DNA of 64,000 nucleotides from Dehalococcoidia bacterium (GTDB lineage Bacteria; Chloroflexota; Dehalococcoidia; Plut-88900). Numbering within the stretch: the first letter of the stretch is position 1; each line of letters opens with the position of its first letter. This document shows, in pieces, positions 47,565 to 56,944 of the stretch. Where the stretch lies: positions 352,001 through 416,000 of the forward strand of contig CBDBLV010000004.1 in NCBI GenBank assembly GCA_965207225.1. Reading direction: 5' to 3'. The position numbers and the translations under genes were made by a program. The notes below the pieces were generated by a model. That model was not told the DNA's origin. It searched no databases and worked only from the letters and a program-made list of their open reading frames with translations.

Positions 47565-48254
47565 ATGCCTTACGAGCCGAAAATCGACTCGAAAGTCTGC
47601 CGCCATTGCACGGTGCTTGCACTCGTCACGGAGACCAGGTGCCAAAGCTGTGGAGGTCAGTCCTGGGGCCCGATTCCCGACTCGCTCCTGCACGTAGTCG
47701 ACCCGGAAGTTATCAGGAACGGCCACGGCACTTTACGGCTCGACGGGTATCGACCCATAAGCTGGCCCCCTCCCGACGCCGACGTACACGAACGTGATCT
47801 GCCCCCCCTTCCCAAAAAGGACCCTGACATCGCGGCAATGCTAGCATCGCTGTGCGCCCTGATCGGGATCTGGGGCGTGGGGCACATATACGTGGGCAAG
47901 GTGATAACCGGCCTGCTGCTGATGATAACGGGTGCGGCGGTCTGGGGTATCTTCGTCCTGCTGACCTTCATAGGCCAGGGCACGGTTTTCTATGCTCTAG
48001 GGGTTCCTGCGTGGGCGGCGCTCATCTATGTCGCATATCCCAAAGAGGCGTCGGACCCGCTGAGGGGTCGGGCGTTCATCCTGCCGGGGCTGGCCATCAC
48101 TCTAACAGTGGGGATGGTGTGGGCCAACGTGCTGTACACGTATGTATTCATCGCGGTCGGGATCGCCGCATGGATATACCTGACAACTCGGGCGTTCAAC
48201 CTGGCCAACGAATACAACGATGAACTGGACCGCAGCGGGTTGTCACTCTGGTAA
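47565..48254 (+). CDS. Membrane protein with N-terminal CxxC-CxxC zinc ribbon and TM2-like segment
   Basis: CRHC...CQSC, KDPDIAAML...GVGHIYVG. Confidence 0.6.
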   Translation: MPYEPKIDSKVCRHCTVLALVTETRCQSCGGQSWGPIPDSLLHVVDPEVIRNGHGTLRLDGYRPISWPPPDADVHERDLPPLPKKDPDIAAMLASLCALIGIWGVGHIYVGKVITGLLLMITGAAVWGIFVLLTFIGQGTVFYALGVPAWAALIYVAYPKEASDPLRGRAFILPGLAITLTVGMVWANVLYTYVFIAVGIAAWIYLTTRAFNLANEYNDELDRSGLSLW

Positions 48255-48273
48255 CCGCTGTGCTCCTCCCTGA

Positions 48274-49962
48274 ATGACGAAGTTCCGCTGGACAATTGCG
48301 CCCCCCGTGCCCCGGGACAGGATGGCGCGATATCGGGGCATTCCCCCATCTACAGCCCAGATTTCCTACAACCGCGGCCTGGCTGACCTTGCGCAGATCA
48401 AGGCCTTTCTGTCCATTGAAGAGCACCCCCTCCCCGACGCAGGACTCCTTCCGGACATCGGGCCGGCCATTGAGCGGATCGCCAAAGCAATCCATGACCG
48501 TGAGCTGATAGCCGTATACGGGGACTTCGATGCGGATGGGGTTACGGCGACGGCACTGCTGAACAATGGTCTTACCGGACTCGGGGCTAGGACTACGCCT
48601 TACATTCCCCATCGCACGGAGGAAGGGCACGGGCTTAGCGTCCAGGGGCTGGAGCAGTTCCGGGCCCTGGGGGTCGACCTCATTGTCACCGCAGACTGCG
48701 GCGTGAGCTCGCTGGAAGAGGTGAAGCTGGCGAACGAGATGGGCATGGACGTCGTCGTCACGGACCACCACACCCCACCTCCCAACCTACCCCCGGCCAT
48801 CGCGGTCATAGACGCCAAGCGGGAGGACTCGCAGTATCCGTTCCGGGAGCTGGCGGCGGTCGGGCTTGCATACAGGATTATTCAGACCCTGCGGCAACAC
48901 CTGGGCCACGACGAAGATGAGAGCCTGCTGGACCTGGTGGCGCTAGGTTCCGTGGCGGACATGGCGCCGCTGGTCGGCGACAATCGCAACCTGGTCAAGC
49001 GCGGCCTGGAAGTGCTGAACCGGGCAGAGCGCCCGGGCTTGAGAGAACTCATGGCCCGGGCGGGGGTAACCCCCGGGGCCCTGGACACCGAGTCGATATC
49101 CTTTTCCCTGGCGCCACGGATAAATGCGGCGGGTCGGGTGGATCACGCAATTACGAGCTACCGGTTATTGACGGCTACGTCGGGGGCGGAGGCGCAGCCC
49201 CTGGCGGAGGAGCTGAACAATCGAAACAGGCAGCGCCGAAGCCATACCGAGGAAGCATTCGGCAAGGTCCAGTCCCAGCTGGGCGACTCCGTAATGGATG
49301 ACTCCATAATCATCGCCGGGGGGCCTGGGTTAGAGCCGGGGGTGGTGGGGCTGGTGGCGGGGAAACTGGCCGAGGAGCACTACAAGCCGGCAGTCGTGCT
49401 ATCAACAGGGCCGGAGGTGTCTCGGGCCTCGTGCCGCTCGATCCCGGAGTTCGACATCACGGCGGCACTCCAGCAGTGCGCCGACCTATTTGTACGGCAC
49501 GGCGGTCACTCACAGGCGGCGGGTTTCGTGATAGCCAACGAGAATCTGGATGCGCTGAGGGCTCGGCTCAGGGAGGTTGCCTCGGAGAAGCTGGCCGGGC
49601 TGGAACTTCAGCCTTCAATCAAGATCGACGTGGCTATGCCTCTGGGTGACATCGAGGCCCGGTTGGTTAAGTTCCTGCAACTGCTGGAACCCGTGGGCCA
49701 GGGGAATCCAAGACCGGTGTTCCTGTCCAAAAGGCTTACGCCGTTCGGGGCACGGACGATGGGGGCCGACGAGGCCCATCTCAGGTTGTCGCTGCGGGAC
49801 GGGGGCGCCGTTTGGAATGCGGTGGCCTTCAGGATGGGGCACAGGATAGGGGAGTTGAGGGGGCCCATCGACGCGGTATACCACATCAAGACAGACTACT
49901 GGCAGGGCAGGGAGAGGCAGGAACTGGAGCTAATCGATTTCGCTGCTGCCAGTCGGGGCTAG
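48274..49962 (+). CDS. recJ: ssDNA exonuclease RecJ
   Basis: GDFDADG, TADCG, TDHH, PRINAAGR, GGHSQAAG. Confidence 0.96.
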   Translation: MTKFRWTIAPPVPRDRMARYRGIPPSTAQISYNRGLADLAQIKAFLSIEEHPLPDAGLLPDIGPAIERIAKAIHDRELIAVYGDFDADGVTATALLNNGLTGLGARTTPYIPHRTEEGHGLSVQGLEQFRALGVDLIVTADCGVSSLEEVKLANEMGMDVVVTDHHTPPPNLPPAIAVIDAKREDSQYPFRELAAVGLAYRIIQTLRQHLGHDEDESLLDLVALGSVADMAPLVGDNRNLVKRGLEVLNRAERPGLRELMARAGVTPGALDTESISFSLAPRINAAGRVDHAITSYRLLTATSGAEAQPLAEELNNRNRQRRSHTEEAFGKVQSQLGDSVMDDSIIIAGGPGLEPGVVGLVAGKLAEEHYKPAVVLSTGPEVSRASCRSIPEFDITAALQQCADLFVRHGGHSQAAGFVIANENLDALRARLREVASEKLAGLELQPSIKIDVAMPLGDIEARLVKFLQLLEPVGQGNPRPVFLSKRLTPFGARTMGADEAHLRLSLRDGGAVWNAVAFRMGHRIGELRGPIDAVYHIKTDYWQGRERQELELIDFAAASRG

Positions 49963-50774
49963 GCAGCAGGCGCGGGGCTGACGGCCGGGGTGCGGCGGTC
50001 AAGCACTGAGCCACCCATGTAGCCGAGCCAGATCGGGACAAGGGGGAGGATGCAGGGGGACAGGAATGAGAGAATGCCGCCTGCGAAAGCGATGATTATC
50101 GACGCCCCGCCCATGCCAGTCACCTCGCTGCTTCCCGTGACCTCGGGGATGAAGGTGAAGTAAGAGTTCAACTGCTGCAGGGAGCCGGTGACTATCAAGG
50201 CCCCGATCAGGACCAGCAGGAGGCCGCTCATAAGCTCGATGAATTCGAGGTAGGGGTTTACCTTCTTCAGCCAGCGCCTGGCAACGCCGATGAATGCTCC
50301 GACCAGCAGGAACGGGACCCCGAGGCCAAGGGAGTAGGCGAACATCAAGACCGCCCCCTGCCCGACGGAGCCTTCGAGGGTCAGGGACAGGATGCCGGCC
50401 AGGATGGGCCCGACGCACGGCGTCCACCCGATGGCGAATGCCGCGCCGACCACACCCGACCTCAGCAGGTTTGGCTTGTCGCCGGCGTTGATGCCGATGC
50501 CTCTCTGGCGGTAGAGGATGTTGGTGATGGGGCCGAATCGTACAACGCCGCTCAGGTGGAAACCGAGGATTATGAGAACCGTACCTGCCCCGATCTCCAG
50601 CCAGTCGCGCCACGTTCCCGTTCCAAGAGACCCGATCAGTGCGCCGAGACCTGTGAAAACAAGGGAAAACCCCGTCACAAAAGCGACGGCATGAATAAAG
50701 GGGGCAGGCGAGAAGCCTATCCTGGCCAAGCCCCGGGGTTCGGGTTGCTGTGCTCCTGCTGCAGGCGTCGACAT
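49959..50774 (-). CDS. ccdA: Cytochrome c biogenesis CcdA/DsbD-beta, circularly permuted
   Basis: GWTPCVGPIL mid-protein; SFLSPCILPL at C-terminus. Confidence 0.85.
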   Translation of the reverse strand: MSTPAAGAQQPEPRGLARIGFSPAPFIHAVAFVTGFSLVFTGLGALIGSLGTGTWRDWLEIGAGTVLIILGFHLSGVVRFGPITNILYRQRGIGINAGDKPNLLRSGVVGAAFAIGWTPCVGPILAGILSLTLEGSVGQGAVLMFAYSLGLGVPFLLVGAFIGVARRWLKKVNPYLEFIELMSGLLLVLIGALIVTGSLQQLNSYFTFIPEVTGSSEVTGMGGASIIIAFAGGILSFLSPCILPLVPIWLGYMGGSVLDRRTPAVSPAPAA

Positions 50775-50893
50775 TAAGCTATCGATCCCTCTGTCAAACT
50801 AAACCTATATCTTTAGTATGGCAACAACGGACGGGCTCTGCAATGTGTCGTCGTTCTTCATAACGAACGAAATGCGGAAAGGTTGTCCCGGGT

Positions 50894-51730
50894 TCATGCC
50901 GTCTTAGGAGGTGGGCCCGGGGCGCGGGGAGCCTCCGGCGTCTGGCGCAACAGCAGATAGGCGCCGACGACCGCTACTGCAATCAGGGTCAAGAGGGCGA
51001 TAACGTGGGCCTGCTGCAGGGAGCCTATCCTCGCGGGGTCGTCACGGGTGAACTGGACGAGGAACCGGATGGCGGAGTATCCGGCCAGGTAGATAAGCAT
51101 GACCATTCCGTCGGGCCTGACGCGACCCAGGAGTTTCATGATTACGAAGAAGAGCAGGACGTCGGCGACCATTTCGTAGGCGACGGACGGGTGATAGCCA
51201 AGCTCTGCGCCTGACGCCGACTGAGGCACGGCCGGTCTGCCGGTGTTCAGCCCCGGCCAGCTCGGGTGGGTGTGGACCCAGCCCCAGGGAAGGCTGGTGG
51301 TGGTGCTGAAATGCTCACCGTTGATGACATCGCCAACGCGGCCTATGGTCTGGGCCACGAGCATCATAGGGGCGGTGATGTCGGCGAGCTTGCCGACGGA
51401 CTGCTTGTTGAGTATGGCCCAGGCAACACCCGTGACCGTCCCGCCGAGGAGCGCCCCCCAGAGCCCGACACCACCGTTCCAGATGAAGAAGATGTCGGCG
51501 GGGTTGTTTCGGTAGAAGTGCCAGGCGTCGAAGACGTGGACCAGCCGGGCCCCGACCACTCCGCCGGGCACGGCCCAGGCAGCGCAGGAATAGACTACCT
51601 GCTGGTCCATGCCCCGATATCGGGCCAATCTTGCAGTGCCGAAAACGGCAAATGCCACGCCGATGGCGGTGAATATGCCGTGCCAGGAGAGTCCCCCTAC
51701 CAGGTAGGGGTCCATGCTGATTTCAAGCAT
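50894..51730 (-). CDS. lgt: Prolipoprotein diacylglyceryl transferase
   Basis: GARLVHV, W.GG...G, GRVGDVINGE, HPSVAYE, RF. Confidence 0.9.
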   Translation of the reverse strand: MLEISMDPYLVGGLSWHGIFTAIGVAFAVFGTARLARYRGMDQQVVYSCAAWAVPGGVVGARLVHVFDAWHFYRNNPADIFFIWNGGVGLWGALLGGTVTGVAWAILNKQSVGKLADITAPMMLVAQTIGRVGDVINGEHFSTTTSLPWGWVHTHPSWPGLNTGRPAVPQSASGAELGYHPSVAYEMVADVLLFFVIMKLLGRVRPDGMVMLIYLAGYSAIRFLVQFTRDDPARIGSLQQAHVIALLTLIAVAVVGAYLLLRQTPEAPRAPGPPPKTA

Positions 51731-51836
51731 TCATGTTTCCTATGCCCTGTGTTTCCACATCCAGTTTAGATGCACCGAAGAATCGGGGTCAATCCGGTGT
51801 ACTCGTCCGGTGGACTGGGGGCGCAGCGGAGCTTTG

Positions 51837-52586
51837 TTCAGTTGTGGGGTGTTGGGTTTGTCTGTTGGGTTTTTGGGTCGGCGATGGAAGACGCCCTCTT
51901 GCCCTCAAACTGGCTTGCACTCTTCATTACGGGTGTTCCGGCTGTTGGGGGACCTTTAGAGCAGGCCCCGCCTGAGAGGGAGGGACTTGCAGCCGGCCGT
52001 GCCTTTTTGCTCGATTGTATTCACGGACCGGTCCGGGTCAGGACGTCCGCCAGAGACTCCTCTTTGGGCCGTATGCGCCAATGGGCACGACGGGGCCAGT
52101 GATCCAGCTGTGGCCCCACAGCCTATCTAATGATGTCCATGTTTGCCGGAGCTCTCAGGAGCGAAGTCTCCGGCGCCCCCGCGCACATTGCGCATCCTTA
52201 GCAAGAGCAGACCTATTTGGAGACGATTCTCCTCCGGGGGCAAAGGGTCCGCTGCATACCTCCTAATTAGTCACCCCCGCTGCTAAACTCCGTTGTCGGG
52301 AGAGGGGTGGGAGTAGAAAGCCAGGGCGTCTTTCCATCGCCTGGGGGACAGGGAAGGGACACGGAACCCAGTGGGATGAGGAGATGGCGTCCCCGACTTC
52401 TCGGGGATGACGTATTCGCTTGTGCCGCAACCTTCCTGCCTCGCAAGGGGGGCGATTGGCCGGTCGCCCCTACAAGAGAGGGGAGAGGTCTTGGGATGGG
52501 CTAGGGCGTTGAGTCCTCGGTGTCGGGTCTCGGGGGCTTCCCTGGGTTTTTGGGTTCCTCCTTAAGGTGGTGTCGGGTCTAGACTT
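51837..52586 (-). ncRNA. Candidate large structured ncRNA, copy 2 (425-nt insert)
   Basis: Colinear with 21419-22028; IR 51880-51897/52323-52341 with one bulge. Confidence 0.5.
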
Positions 52587-52592
52587 AGAACA

Positions 52593-52621
52593 AATATAAA
52601 GCTCAAACGTTTGCATGTCAA
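52593..52621 (-). promoter_or_regulatory. Sigma70 promoter of ncRNA copy 2
   Basis: TTGACA-17-TATATT. Confidence 0.65.
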
Positions 52622-52637
52622 GGGGTAGTGTCACGTT

Positions 52638-52982
52638 TTGGGGGGAATATCCCCCGGTCCCCCAAGGAAACCCTCACCCCCTTGATCCCCCTCTCCCTTA
52701 GGGCCTTTAAGGGAGAGGGGGAAAGAAGAACAGAGGCAGACGTGGGTGCGTTGCACCCACGTCTGCCTCTAGTTCAATACTGGGGACAATGGGGGGAAAC
52801 TTCTGGTCCAGGCGGAGGTGAAGGATGCAGGAAAGGGGAGGAGACGCCGCCCGACCCAACGGGGAGAACCCTCACCCTCTTGATCCCCCTCTCCCTTAGG
52901 TCATTAAGGGAGGGGGGAGGAAAAAACAGAGGGAAGCGCCTGCGCCATGGCGCAGGCGCTTCCCTCTAGTTTGGCACTGGGG
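52638..52982. repeat. Multi-hairpin repeat module, copies 2 and 3
   Basis: tccccctctcccttagg...ttaaggga...aacagagg-[palindrome]-cctctagtt...actgggg twice. Confidence 0.85.
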
Positions 52983-52999
52983 GATGGATGGAACCCCAT

Positions 53000-53228
53000 C
53001 CCAGATTCCTCGCGGGGCTTCGGAATGACAGGGGAGAAGGGGGTGCGACTTTTGCAGGGCTGACGAGGCCGATTGGCAAGGGGTGGGCCGCCCCCCGCTC
53101 ATACTTCGAGGGCCTCAGCATGAGCGGCCCCACCGCCCCGGGCGACCCGCCGGTCGCCCCTACACGGGGAAAGAGGACCCTTCTACACCACCAAGCAGGA
53201 TGGATTCCGGCTCGGGGCCGGGATGACG
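53000..53228. repeat. Cluster of REP-like palindromes of three families
   Basis: 53000-53030, 53095-53127, 53139-53163, 53199-53228. Confidence 0.8.
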
Positions 53229-53397
53229 GAAAAGGGGGCGGGGATAGATCACCCTACTTCTTGTGGACGGGCCAGGGATGGGAAGGGGAGGGGGGGTGGG
53301 GATGACGGGAGAGGGACCGGAGCCCTTTTAGCGTCCTACAGAGCGTTATGTTAAACTTATTTCGAACTATTCCAAAATCTTGTAGGAGAGTGGAAGG

Positions 53398-54330
53398 ATG
53401 AGAGACGTAATTGACGAGTTTCTAAACCACCTCACCGTTGAGCGGGGCCTTTCGGCGAACACCCTTTTCGCCTACCGGAACGACCTGTACCAGTTCGTGG
53501 ACTTCCTGGAGACGGGCCTGGGGCGCAGGAGGCGTGTCCATTCGTGGCAGGACGTGGACCGGGACATGGTGGCCAAGTATGGACTAGACCTGCGAGACCG
53601 GACACTCAAAGACTCCAGCATCGCCCGGAAGATAGCGGCTATCAAGTCGTTCTTTGCCTTCCTGGTGGAAGAGGGGAGCATTGAGACAGCCCCGACCGAG
53701 AACATGGTCTCGCCGAAGGTCGGGCGTTCGCTACCGAAAGCGCTGTCGGTGGAGGAGATCAACCGGCTTCTGAGTGTGACCCGGGAGAGGAAGGGCCCCG
53801 ACGGTCGGCCCAGACCCGTCACCCCGGACAGCCTGCGCGACTGCGCGATGTTCGACCTGCTGTATGCCAGCGGCCTGCGGGTAACGGAGCTGGTATCGCT
53901 AAACGTTGGCGACGTTGACGTCAACAACAACCAGGTGCGCTGCCTGGGGAAGGGTTCCAAGGAGAGGATAGTCCCCATTCACCATGAAGCCACCAAGTCG
54001 TTGCGGGAATACATGGAGCGAGCCAGGCCGAGGCTCCGCAAGCGGTTTGCCGAGCAGGCCCTGTTCCTGAACCGCCGCGGGGACCGGCTGACGAGGCAGG
54101 GGTTCTGGCTCATCCTGAAGGGCTACGCCAGGGAGGCCGATATCAAGACCACCATAACTCCCCATGTGCTGCGCCACAGCTTCGCGACCCATATGCTGCG
54201 GGGCGGAGCACCGCTCAGGCACGTCCAGGAGATGCTGGGCCATGCCAACATATCCACGACACAGGTGTACACCCACCTGGCCAGCGACCAAGTCAGGGAC
54301 CAGTACGACATGGCCCACCCCCGGGCCTAA
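53398..54330 (+). CDS. xerD: Site-specific tyrosine recombinase XerD
   Basis: ERGLSANT..AY..DL, YASGLRVTEL, GKGSKER, HVLRHSFATH, LGH...TTQVY. Confidence 0.92.
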   Translation: MRDVIDEFLNHLTVERGLSANTLFAYRNDLYQFVDFLETGLGRRRRVHSWQDVDRDMVAKYGLDLRDRTLKDSSIARKIAAIKSFFAFLVEEGSIETAPTENMVSPKVGRSLPKALSVEEINRLLSVTRERKGPDGRPRPVTPDSLRDCAMFDLLYASGLRVTELVSLNVGDVDVNNNQVRCLGKGSKERIVPIHHEATKSLREYMERARPRLRKRFAEQALFLNRRGDRLTRQGFWLILKGYAREADIKTTITPHVLRHSFATHMLRGGAPLRHVQEMLGHANISTTQVYTHLASDQVRDQYDMAHPRA

Positions 54331-54398
54331 GCCGCGTCATTTGCGACCTTTTCCAGCCCCGACTATAATTTGGTCGGAGCATTTAGGCAGGCAAAAAC

Positions 54399-54761
54399 AT
54401 GGCAAAGAAGTCAAAAAAGCTGGCCGCCCAGCGGTCTGCGAGCACCAAGCGCAAGAAGGGCAAGGGGGGTCTATCCCAGCGGCAGATAGAGCTGTCGGGG
54501 GTGGTGGCCCCTGCCCCGACGCCCGAGCAGGCACCAGAAGCGGTCGAGTCTCAGGACTCCGCTACCGACCCAGCAGCTACTGAAGCCATTGCTGCGGAGG
54601 CTCCGCCCGTCGCACAACCACTACCGACGCAGCCCAAGGCAGCCGTCGCGGCGGAGGGGCCCTGGAGATACGGCTACGTTCTCGGGGACATGAAGCGGAT
54701 CGGGCTTATGACGTCGGTAGTGGCCGTGCTGCTGGTGGTGCTGACCTTTATCCTGCGGTAG
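54399..54761 (+). CDS. Hypothetical protein: basic N-terminus, Ala/Pro linker, C-terminal TM anchor
   Basis: ATG ORF downstream of a TATAAT; Y.YV..D.KRIG + TM tail. Confidence 0.7.
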   Translation: MAKKSKKLAAQRSASTKRKKGKGGLSQRQIELSGVVAPAPTPEQAPEAVESQDSATDPAATEAIAAEAPPVAQPLPTQPKAAVAAEGPWRYGYVLGDMKRIGLMTSVVAVLLVVLTFILR

Positions 54762-54868
54762 AAGCCTGACGTTTCCTTATCCACGTCGCCCAGTATCATC
54801 CGCGTGCGGCCTCATACACTTGCAGGGCTTTGCGTAACCTGCTTGCTGGGGGAGCCCCTCCTCGGAAT

Positions 54869-55031
54869 CCGCTCGACCCTTCGAGTGGCCTCAGGATGAG
54901 CGGATTCCGCCCCACCCCTAGCCAGGGGGACACCCCACCCATTCCGCTCTTGAGACCCTTCGACTCCGCTCAGGGCGAGCGGAATGCCCCACCCCCAGAG
55001 GATGGATTCCCGATCGGAGTCGGGAATGACG
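54869..55031. repeat. Cluster of REP-like palindromes
   Basis: cccttcgagtggcctcaggatgagcgg, cccttcgactccgctcagggcgagcgg, gatggattcccgatcggagtcgggaatgacg. Confidence 0.8.
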
Positions 55032-55102
55032 GTTATCCAAAGATTGCCTTTAGGGTGATTTCACGAAGGGGAGGCTTGGCTGCGTGATAAAATTGGCTAG
55101 TA

Positions 55103-56935
55103 ATGGCTAAGCCAACCATTGCCGACCAGGTAAGGGCCACCCCTACAAAACCGGGCGTCTACATCTTTCGTGATGCCTCGGGCAACGTGATTTACGTGGG
55201 TAAGGCTGCGGGGCTCAGGAGCCGGGTGCGATCCTACTTCGCTGACTCCTCGTCGCTTACGCTCAAGGGTCGCCACCTGGCCGCGCGCATTGCGCAGTAC
55301 GAGTACGTCGTCACAGACTCCGAGGGCGAGGCCCTCATACTCGAAAACACCCTTATCAAGCGGTACAAGCCGAAGTACAACGTCCGGCTGAAGGACGACA
55401 AGACCTACCCGTATATCAAGATAGACCTGGAGGAGGAGTTCCCCCGGGTCTACTTCACCCGGAGGCGGGATGACGAGCGCGGGGCGAGGTATTTCGGACC
55501 TTTTGCGTCGGCCAGTTCCGTTCGCCGAACACTGGACCTTATCAAGAAGCTGTTTCCATACAGGTCATGCACCAAGAACATCACGGGAACCGATGACCGG
55601 CCCTGCCTGGACTACTACATTCACCGGTGTGTCGGGCCGTGCATCGGGGCGGCGTCTCGGGAGGAGTACCACCAGGTCATCGACCAGGTAATCATGTTCC
55701 TGGAAGGGAAGCACGAGACCATAGTCAAGGACCTGAGCGCCCGCATGAACGAGGCCGCCGAAGACCTCCAGTTCGAAAGGGCCGCTGCACTCAGAGACCA
55801 GGTCCGGGCAATAGAGAGGGTGTCGCAGACTCAGAAGGTCCACTCCCTGCGGTTGAAGGACGAGGACTACATAGCGCTGTCCCGGGGACAGGACGAGGCC
55901 TGGGTGGAGATTTTCTTCGTGAGGGCGGGCAAGACGGTGGGTCGGGACCACTTCATCATGGAGGGGACACAGGACGAGGGCGACGCCCAGATCATGGCCG
56001 GTTTCATCAAGCAGTTCTACGATTCCGCCTCCTATGTGCCGCCCCTTCTCCTGGTCCAACATACGCCCGAGGACGCTGAGCTCATTACAAGCTGGCTGGA
56101 GAGCAAGCGCGACCGCAAGGTCCAGCTAAAGGTGCCACAGCGGGGGGACCGTCGGCAGCTCCTTGAGATGGTCGCGGCAAATGCCGAGCAGGGGCTGGCA
56201 CAGCGGCACGTCAAGTGGATGGCCGACTCCGACGCCATAAGCGGGGCGATGTCGGAGCTGCAAGAGCACCTGAACCTGCCCGAGCTTCCGCGGCGCATGG
56301 AGTGCTACGACATCTCCAACATACAAGGTTCGAACCCTGTCGGGTCCATGGTCGTATTTGAAGACGGCAAGCCGAAACCCACCCACTATCGCAAGTTCAA
56401 GATCAAGACGGTGGAGGGCATCGACGACTATTCGATGATGCAGGAGATGCTACGGCGACGCTTCCGCCGCTTGAAGAATGCCGCCAACTCCAAGACCGAG
56501 AGCTGGACCATCATCCCAGACCTGGTGCTTATCGATGGAGGCAAGGGGCATCTCGGGGCGATACACCAGCTTTTCCTAGAATTGGGAATTGCCCATATAC
56601 CCTTAGCCAGCATCGCCAAACGATACGAGGAAGTCTTCCGCCCTGACAGCAAGGAGCCCATCATCCTGCCCCGAAGCTCCCAGGCCCTTTACATGGTGCA
56701 GCGCATCCGCGACGAGGCGCATCGCTTCGCGATCACGTTCCATCGTCAGCTTCGCAAGAGGAGCGGGGTCAGGTCGGCGATGGACAACGTGCCGGGCATC
56801 GGGCCTAAGAGGAAGAAGGCGCTTATACGGCGTTTTGGGTCGGTCAATGCCATCCGGGAAGCGGAGACTGATGAAATCGCGGCGGTGGTCGGGATGACGC
56901 AGAAGCTTGCCGAGCTGGTCAAGGAGCACCTCTAG
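55103..56935 (+). CDS. uvrC: Excinuclease ABC subunit C
   Basis: PGVY...YVGKA, LKDDKTYPY, ECYDIS, IDGGKG, RDEAHRFA, HhH. Confidence 0.97.
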   Translation: MAKPTIADQVRATPTKPGVYIFRDASGNVIYVGKAAGLRSRVRSYFADSSSLTLKGRHLAARIAQYEYVVTDSEGEALILENTLIKRYKPKYNVRLKDDKTYPYIKIDLEEEFPRVYFTRRRDDERGARYFGPFASASSVRRTLDLIKKLFPYRSCTKNITGTDDRPCLDYYIHRCVGPCIGAASREEYHQVIDQVIMFLEGKHETIVKDLSARMNEAAEDLQFERAAALRDQVRAIERVSQTQKVHSLRLKDEDYIALSRGQDEAWVEIFFVRAGKTVGRDHFIMEGTQDEGDAQIMAGFIKQFYDSASYVPPLLLVQHTPEDAELITSWLESKRDRKVQLKVPQRGDRRQLLEMVAANAEQGLAQRHVKWMADSDAISGAMSELQEHLNLPELPRRMECYDISNIQGSNPVGSMVVFEDGKPKPTHYRKFKIKTVEGIDDYSMMQEMLRRRFRRLKNAANSKTESWTIIPDLVLIDGGKGHLGAIHQLFLELGIAHIPLASIAKRYEEVFRPDSKEPIILPRSSQALYMVQRIRDEAHRFAITFHRQLRKRSGVRSAMDNVPGIGPKRKKALIRRFGSVNAIREAETDEIAAVVGMTQKLAELVKEHL

Positions 56936-56944
56936 CGCCGAGCC

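Noticed and set aside
52638-53228. CRISPR array
   Set aside because: Repeats are heterogeneous and irregularly spaced; no cas genes
53398-54330. Prophage or island integrase
   Set aside because: Motifs and length fit housekeeping XerD; no att repeats or phage genes
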